The notes under the pieces were generated by a model that did not search any database, was not told where the DNA came from, and saw only the letters and a list, made by a program, of their open reading frames with translations. Both the position numbers and the translations under genes were made by a program. From positions 6,448,001 to 6,512,000 of the forward strand of contig NC_092673.1 in assembly GCF_964355755.1 (NCBI RefSeq): a DNA stretch of 64,000 nucleotides. The letters run 5' to 3'. Shown piece by piece: positions 55,501 to 64,000 of the stretch (the stretch's first letter is position 1; every line of letters begins with the position of its first letter). Source of the DNA: Antedon mediterranea (Eukaryota; Animalia; Echinodermata).

Positions 55501-58500
55501 AGCGTGTATTCAGGAGATAAGTTAGAATTACAAGAGTTTATTATTAATGCTAACGATTTAAGTGACATTAATGGTTCCTCACTTGGTACTTTCTTGAGTA
55601 AATCTCCTAAACTACTCAAACTTGGCTTGCATACTTGCAAATTATCAGGTTCCGTATTGAATGACATGATCAGTGTGTATGCAGAAGATAAGTTAGAATT
55701 ACAAGAAATTTATATTTGGAATAATGATTTGAGTGGCATTAATGGTTCCTCACTTGGTACTTTCTTGAGTAAATCTCCTAAACTACTCAAACTTCATATG
55801 GATACTTGCAAATTATCAGGTACCATAATGAATGAAATGATCAGAGTGTATGCAGGAGATAAGTTAGAATTACAAGAGTTTATTATTAATGCTAACGATT
55901 TAAGTGACATTAATGGTTCCTCACTTGGTACTTTCTTGAGTAAATCTCCTAAACTACTCAAACTTGGCTTGAATACTTGCAAATTATCAGGTACCATAAT
56001 GAATGACATGATCAGTGTGTATGCAGAAGATAAGTTAGAATTACAAGAGATTTATATTTGGAATAATGATTTGAGTGGCATTAATGGTTCCTTACTTGGT
56101 ACTTTCTTGAGTAAATCTCCTAAACTACTCAAACTTCATATAAATACTTGCAAATTATCAGGTACCGTAATGAATGACATGATCAGAGTGTATGCAGGAG
56201 ATAAGTTAGATTTACAAGAGTTTATTATTAGTGGTAATGATTTAAGTGACATTAATGGTTCCTCACTTGGTACTTTCTTGAGTAAATGTCCTAAACTACT
56301 CAAACTTCATATGGGTAGTTGCAAATTATCAGGTACCTTAATGAATGAAATGATCAGAGTGTATGCAGGAGATTTGTTAGAATTACAAGAGTTTATGATT
56401 AGTGCTAACGATTTAAGTGGCATTAATGGTTCCTCACTTGGTACTTTCTTGAGTAAATCTCCTAAACTATTCAAACTTGGCTTGCATACTTGCAAATTAT
56501 CAGGTTCCGTATTGAATGACATGATCAGAGTGTATGCAGAAGATAAGTTAGAATTACAAGCAATTTATATTTCGAATAATGATTTAAGTGGCATTAATGG
56601 CTCCTTACTTGGCACTTTCTTGAGTAAATCTCCTAAACTAATCAAACTGCATATGAATACTTGCAAATTATCAGGTACCGTAATGAATGAAATGATCAGA
56701 GTGTATGCAGGAGATATGTTAGAATTACAAGATTTTATTATTAGTGATAATGATATTAGTGACATTGATGGCTCCTTACTTGGCACTTTCTTGAGTAAAT
56801 CTCCTAAACTAATCAAACTGCATATGAATACTTGCAAATTATCAGGTACCGTAATGAATGAAATGATCAGAGTATATGAAGGAGATATGTTACAATTACA
56901 ATATTTTAGTATTAGTAATAATGATATTAGTGACATTGATGGCTCCTTACTTGGCACGTTCTTGAGTAAATCTCCTAAACTAATCAAACTGCATATGAAT
57001 ACTTGCAAATTATCAGGTACCGTAATGAATGAAATGATCAGAGTATATGAAGGAGATGTGTTAGAATTACAAGATTTTATTATTAGTGATAATGATATTA
57101 GTGACATTGATGGCTCCTTACTTGGCACTTTCTTGAGTAAATCTCCTAAACTAATCAAACTGCATATGAATACTTGCAAATTATCAGGTACCGTAATGAA
57201 TGAAATGATCAGAGTATATGAAGGAGATATGTTACAATTACAATATTTTAGTATTAGTAATAATGATATTAGTGACATTGATGGCTCCTTACTTGGCACG
57301 TTCTTGAGTAAATCTCCTAAACTAATCAAACTGCATATGAATACTTGCAAATTATCAGGTACCGTACTGAATGAAATGATCAGAGTATATGAAGGAGATG
57401 TGTCAGAATTACAAGAAATTCATATTTGGAATAATGATTTAAGTGACATTAATGGCTCCTTACTTGGCACTTTCTTGAGTAAATCTCCTAAACTAATCAA
57501 ACTGCATATGAATACTTGCAAATTATCAGGTACCGTAATGAATGAAATGATCAGAGTGTATGCAGGAGATATGTTAGAATTACAAGAATTTATTATTAGT
57601 GATAATGATATTAGTGACATTGATGGCTCCTTACTTGGTACTTTTCTGAGTAAATCGCCTAAAGTGTTGAAACTTGGCTTGAGTACTTGCAAACTATCAG
57701 GTAATGTAATGAATGAAATGATCAGAGGGTATACAGGAGATATGTTAGAATTACAATATTTTAGTATTAGTAATAATGATATCAGTGACATTAATGGCTC
57801 CTTACTTGGTACTTTCTTAAGTCAATCTCCTAAACTACTCAAATTGTATATGAATACTTGCAAATTATCAGGTAATGTAATGAATGAAATGATCAGAGTA
57901 TATGAAGGAGATGTGTTAGAATTACAAGAATTTATTATTAGTGATAATGATATCAGTGACATTGATGGCTCCTTACTTGGCACTTTCTTGAGTAAATCTC
58001 CTAAACTAATCCAACTGCATATGAGTACTTGCAAATTATCAGGTACCGTAATGAATGAAATGATCAGAGTGTATGCAGGAGATATGTTAGAATTACAAGA
58101 ATTTATTATTAGTTATAATGATATTAGTGACATTGATGGCTCCTTACTTGGTACTTTTCTGAGTAAATCGCCTAAATTGTTGAAACTTGGCTTGAGTACT
58201 TGCAAACTATCAGGTAATGTAATGAATGAAATGATCAGAGGGTATACAGGAGATATGTTAGAATTACAATATTTTAGTATTAGTAATAATGATATCAGTG
58301 ACATTGATGGCTCCTTACTTGGCACTTTTCTGAGTAAATCACCTAAATTGTTGAAACTTGGCTTGAGTACTTGCAAGCTATCAGGTAATGTAATGAATGA
58401 AATGATCAGGGTGTATACAGGAGATATGTTACAATTACAATATTTTAGTATTAGTAATAATGATATCAGTGACATTAATGGCTCCTTACTTGGCACTTTC

Positions 58501-59463
58501 TTGAGTAAATCTCCTAAACTAATCAAATTGTATATGAATACTTGCAAATTATCAGGTACCGTAATGAATGAAATGATCAGAGTGTATGCAGGAGATATGT
58601 TAGAATTACAAGAATTTATTATTAGTGATAATGATATTAGTGACATTGATGGCTCCTTACTTGGCACTTTCTTGAGTAAATCTCCTAAACTAATCCAACT
58701 GTATATGAGTACTTGCAAATTATCAGGTACCGTAATGAATGAAATGATCAGAGTGTATGCAGGAGATATGTTAGAATTACAAGAATTTATTATTAGTGAT
58801 AATGATATTAGTGACATTGATGGCTCCTTACTTGGCACTTTCTTGAGTAAATCTCCTAAACTAATCCAACTGTATATGAGTACTTGCAAATTATCAGGTA
58901 CCGTAATGAATGAAATGATCAGAGTGTATGCAGGAGATATGTTAGAATTACAAGAATTTATTATTAGTGATAATGATATTAGTGACATTGATGGCTCCTT
59001 ACTTGGTACTTTTCTGAGTAAATCGCCTAAATTGTTGAAACTTAACCTGAATAATTGCAAACTATCAGGTAATGTAATGAATGAAATGATTAGTGTGTAT
59101 GCAGGAGATAAGTTAGAATTACAAGAGTTTAATATTGGTAATAATGATATCAGTGACATTAATAGTAATTTACTTGGTACTTTCTTGAGTAAATTTCCTA
59201 AACTACTAAAACTTGGCTTGCATTCTTGCAAATTGTCAGGTAATGAAATGAATGAAATGATTAGAGTATATGAAGGAGATACGTTAGAACTACAAGAGCT
59301 TTATATTAGTAATAATGATATCAGTGACATTGATGTATCCTTACTTGATACTTTCTTAAGTAGATTGCTTAAACTGCGTAAAGTGTACATGAACAATTGT
59401 TCATTATCAAAAAGTGTGACCATTGGTTTGTGTTCAGTGAGGGAAATAGAATTCTTTACATGA
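49575..59463 (+). CDS. NLR immune receptor: tandem death-fold (DED-like) domains, basic/acidic linker, NACHT, giant LRR array. Exons 49575-50091, 50878-51081, 51685-51738, 52019-59463 (all introns phase 1)
   Basis: DED-like exon (LKFCLFD...TLFNELERIHVVTANDVNLLLEI...YRKQLFRAV...DVIFHLE); Walker A GDAGIGKT; Walker B VLLLDGLDE; sensor LLTSR; CKNPLLL; ribonuclease-inhibitor-like 28/29-aa alternating LRRs; exons splice in frame. Confidence 0.93.
50478..50625 (+). pseudogene. Decayed duplicate of NLR exon 2
   Basis: Aligns to 50881-51020 (ggttcgtg..aaacatttct..tagtaat..gatgacga..caaac.tgtcaaaag..aactgaa..tatagt.atgacgacat) but carries an in-frame TAA. Confidence 0.8.
53740..59410 (+). repeat. Coding tandem repeat, 171-bp (57-aa) unit, about 34 copies, of which 30 are near-identical
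   Basis: The CKLSG Cys codon occurs at 54268 and 59227, exactly 29 x 171 bp apart; the period extends to 53926, 54097 and 59398 without net indels. Confidence 0.97.
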
Positions 59464-62400
59464 TAAGTATATTATACATTTTTTACTCTGTTTTTTGTAG
59501 TGATTATTTTTAATTTCTTCTTATTATTGCTTACTATGTATGTAAAGCTGAGGGCTGTATTGTGAGCTAAGTATTAGTTTGAACCAAAAATAGATAGTAG
59601 ACACCCATCTGTCATTTAAAGAAAACAATCTGAAAAACTTTATTTAATGATTCTGTAAAAATAAACCAAAATGCATCAAATCAAATACATCATCAAATTG
59701 AGAGTAACGTTGGAATATAGCTGATCAGTGTCAAATAAAACCCGCAGTCAAATCAAAATCCATTTATATGAGCGACGTATTGAATAAACAACACTACCTC
59801 ACGCCATGTAGGCCTATCTTATACTCTTACTGAGGACTTTCTAAGAATTGAATTGTTTACGTTTTGTATCTTGTTTTGTTATTTGTAGGTCTATTGCACA
59901 TGTTTTCTCTCAATTTCTGGAGCCTCTTTCAAAAAATTATTATAGAAATTGAAATTATTCGGACCTTAAAGAAGGCAAGCTATTAAGTCACTTAATTTTT
60001 ATTGTTATGACATTAAATAAAAATGTGACTTAATAAAATAATAAAATACTGTAAATTATAAAGCTTGACTTTGTTCATACAGTTCAAGTTCTCTAAACAA
60101 TGTACTTATAAAAAGCTGTAACTATTGTTTGTTATTTGTAATTCAAATTAAATAATAGTAGGCCATCGTTTTTTCTTCAATTTTCATTGTTAAAGACAAA
60201 TATCTGTTTATGAAGTATAAGCTGTAATATGCATATTAATAGCACATTGTTGATTGTTAACACATTCCACATTATTTAAGACAACCTTGAACGATTAAAT
60301 ATTATTATATTATGATATAGTTTATTTCAATTACATGTAAGATGATATTATGTTTTATTCTCACATATAACTTGCGTACCACGCGTGCTGACATTAATGT
60401 GTTCGCCAAATGCTTACAACAGATTTTTACCGTATATCTTAAGGTACTGTAGTTTGAGGAAAATGTTAATGTATTGTTCTTTTGTCGCACGAACATTCAC
60501 TTAAATAATGACATAATCCTAAAAATGAAACAATGAAATTAAGAATAAGCATGTAATGAATGACAATGAATTTATTTATAGACATTACAGAGTATAATTC
60601 GAAGTCTTTAAAACAATTCAGTAGTAGATACAAATTAGATACTTCGTTTCTTAGGAATTTATGGTTGTGTACCGCAAACAATATTAACAAGATAATTTAT
60701 CATTTAATCTGTAGAGCATATTATAATATATGTGTATCATTAAAACGTATTAGACTTATAGAATTTGGATTGTAAATTCAATGAAAATTACTAAGGTTTG
60801 TGTATTTAGCTTAAATTAATTATAGTGTCGATGGTCATACCGGATTGTTTGTGTACATTAGTTTTAATTAGTATACTGTAGTTTACATCAATTATTATTG
60901 TTTATCAGGGAAGAGTAAAATTGAGAGTTTACTAATTCAATAAAATGATTTAAACATAATACATGATTGACTACAGTTGTATTTGTTATTTGTACTTCAT
61001 AGACAAACACTGACAACATTATTATCCTAATTTATACCAAAGAAAATTATCAGACTTGACAGAATGACATCTCTCAATAATTCCAAATGCGTGCATCCTA
61101 CCAGGCAGCCAGACAAAGCACTATCCTTCCACACCTAAAAGACAGAACATTACACTCTCATTATTCTCTCAAATAAACGTTGACGATCTGGAGATGATGA
61201 GGATGATATGACGATGATGATAACGATGAAAATGACGATATCAACGAAGGTGGTGTATTCACTGTGGTAATGAAATCATAAAAAAGGCAAAATGAAACCT
61301 CATGACTACAACCAACGAAGATGATGACGCTAGTAACACTCCGTTATGCGTGAGTAATCAAAGAATGATGTATTGCATAAACAGGCGTAATAAATAGAGA
61401 GAAAGATTTATAATTATGTGTTGATTATACGAGTACGGATTATAGACCAGTGTACGACTTCATGTCACAAGCCAGAGATGTGTACGCAAATAAAAGTACA
61501 ATATAACTGATTGTTGTTGTTTTGTACATCATATATATAACGAACACGGTTGATGACAAAGATGATAATGGCGATCATTTACAGTGATGCCGCATGTCGA
61601 ATAACTGTGTTGAATTGAAATAAGTAACTAACCAAAAGTATAGTATTTATATGATGACATGACAATGAGAACGATAGTTCTGATTAACAAAATATAAAAC
61701 CAGAAAAATGTATACTAATTATTAGTGATATCAGGGAGTTTTTCTAACCACAACGATGAATATGCTGGATCGATTGCACATGCACTTTTTGATTGGATAG
61801 TCTTTTATGATTAGGAGGATGATAAATGAAAAATATTCAATATGATGACGCTGATCGTGCGACTAGATGAGACTGGAGTTTTGTGAGGTTAGAGTGCGGA
61901 TGATGATCCGGTGTAAACTACTAGGCCTATATATAGGTTTGTGATGATTGAACATCATATGATGAGGAGGATTTTGAAAATAAGGATAATAATAAATGTA
62001 AGCTTAGTAATAAAGACACACTTTAATAGGTCGTTTTGCAGTTTTATAAAGTTATTGATTTAGAGTAAAACAAAAAAGTAAATTTATCCAAAACCTGTTT
62101 GGAGGACAATTTGTTTTTGCTTTAAATTACAGTTTTTCAGGTAAATAAAAATATTCGGGAGGACCAGGGATTTGTCAATTTTAATTAGATGTTCGGCTGC
62201 CCAAAACATCACACAACAGATTACTTTTTAGGTCTTAAAAGCAAAATGTTGGTATTTTGGGATTGTTACTTTTTTGTATGTTTTCATGTTTATTCCCGAG
62301 TATTCTTTAAAAAACTTTGAAAGTTGGCTGCTGCCCTCTATCAAATTAAAATCACGATGTTTTTGTTTGTGTGTGAGACACAAGTGTCAGAAGGATCGGA

Positions 62401-63016
62401 GAGTGCCCCAAGCAAAACAAAACAGTCACACAGACGGATCCGGGCCAGGCGGCTAGGTAGGGAATTTTCCTATTTGGGTAGGCCTACTATAGTAGGCCTA
62501 GGATTTTAACGATAGAAAGTGCCGCTTATTAACGTTAATTAAAGTTAATGCATTTGAGTTTTTGGTTACTTTGTATCTCCCCCTCCCTATAGACTAGCTA
62601 GTACTATATAGGGCCTAGAGGTCTACTGTTTAGTCAGGGAAAACAAGGAATATCTTATCGTGTTGTAGTGTAGAGATGTAGCCTAGGCCTAGTGTAGAGA
62701 TGTATTGTAGTAGGCCTGCCCTACTAATACTACCTACGGTAGGCTAATTGCTTACCTACTTACTAGTCTAGGATAGACCTAACTAGACATACAAGGCGGC
62801 TATCTGGGATAGCCTAAAGTAAGGAAGGCATAGTAAGCACGTCTATCATGCCTAACTAAAGTAAAACATTCAATCAAAAGAGCTGGACTTTTTGCAAAAA
62901 GAAGCTTGACAGTATGTAGAGTACCATACCTTCATATAACGTTAATAAATAAATAAAATAAGCCTAGCCTAGGCCTAGGCCTAACCTTTGTTTTTTCTTC
63001 TAAGGCGTACATTATT

Positions 63017-63122
63017 ATGGCCGACATTGTTGTCGTTGGTGCAGGTATCTCTGGCCTAGTTTCATCATATTATATTTTAAAAAAGAATCCTGATGCCAAA
63101 ATTACCCTTCTTGAAGCTTCAG
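63017..63122 (+). CDS. First coding exon of an FAD-dependent oxidoreductase (flavin amine oxidase or protoporphyrinogen oxidase family); gene continues beyond this exon
   Basis: MADIVVVGAGISGLVSSYYILKKNPDAKITLLEAS is a Rossmann GxGxxG...E motif; upstream acceptor ttcttctaag ends at 63004; donor CAG|GTAAGT at 63122; candidate non-coding exon ending about 62457. Confidence 0.85.
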
Positions 63123-64000
63123 GTAAGTATATCATTCAACTGGCTAGTTTGTACGTAATTATGATGGACAAGTTCAATATTTGACTCTCTGTGACCCTAT
63201 ATATACAGTATGACATAAAGTTCTGTATATGGCCAAGAGAATTTTGAGGTTTTTGGGTGTTTGTAAATAAGGGGTCAGTCTAATTACAGAAAACAACCGA
63301 AAACAACCACAAACAACCGAAAAACAAAATAAAAAAATCTAAATACCGACAACAAATTTGTATAATATTTTGGTTAATGTCGCCCTCTATTGATGGGTGT
63401 TTCTAAGACCATACAGAGAGAAAACCGCGCGCGCAAAAGCCAAGGAAGACCCTACGAAATGGTAGTGTGCACAAAATACAACTCAAAATCGTACAAATTC
63501 AATGATATACACCGTAGACTACATTTAAGTCTTACAAAATATTTATTTATAACACATTTCGTTTTTAGTCTTTCGATTTTCAAAAACAAAGCATGATTTT
63601 ACCTAACTTTGCATTTTTGTCACTGAAGTTAATACTGAAGTGATTGAGAATAAAAACGTTACTCGACTACGGTAATTTTACTGAATAGATGTGAAATGTG
63701 AACTTGTTTTAAGTATACTTTATAGTCCCTAATATTATCAATATTCTTAAAATATCATTTTTGTATTATTATCTTTGAAAATCTATAATTAAATTGATCA
63801 TGATTAACCATAGTCAATTTACTTTCTATACTATGGATTAACGTAGTCACAATTATTGTGAGGAGTAAATGCGTTGGTTTCTGGATCAAAAATCGAAAGA
63901 CGAAAATTAAAATATTTTGATAGATTCTGTAAGTAAATGCGATGTTAACATTGATTGATTGTACGATTTTTAGTTGTATTTTGTGCACACTACCATTTCG

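Noticed and set aside
54684-59231. Multiple long minus-strand ORFs (up to 372 aa)
   Set aside because: Antisense shadows of the 171-bp coding repeat, with no independent domain
61190-61330. Asp-rich coding-like stretch
   Set aside because: Degenerate (GAT)n low-complexity sequence without a sustained ORF or splice support
63017-63122. Assigning the symbol PPOX or MAO
   Set aside because: 35 residues of a generic Rossmann motif cannot discriminate between families

Overview
AT-rich, intron-containing metazoan DNA; the gene content suggests an invertebrate deuterostome, probably an echinoderm (inference). Genes in order: (1) last three coding exons of CDC73/parafibromin (+); (2) a complete 21-coding-exon TDRD5/tejas-like piRNA-pathway gene (-) with four LOTUS domains, one extended Tudor domain and a P/Q-rich tail; (3) SLC39A7/ZIP7 zinc transporter (-); (4) a kinase with an intronless catalytic domain and a non-RD (HND) loop (+); (5) a single-coding-exon rhodopsin-class GPCR of the S1P/LPA/MECA type (-); (6) a very large NLR (+) with tandem death-fold (DED-like) domains, a basic/acidic linker, a NACHT domain and about 34 57-aa LRR pairs in one 7.4 kb exon; (7) the first coding exon of an FAD-dependent oxidase (+). 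Introns and intergenic DNA carry several PIF/Harbinger-like MITE families (some nested), a hAT-like element, SINE remnants and satellites. The most striking feature is the NLR LRR array: an exact 171-bp period with homogenised scaffold, variation concentrated on the beta-strand face and higher-order duplications, which suggests a recombination-diversified immune receptor. Exon boundaries were read by eye from GT/AG sites and frame continuity; no database searches were run.
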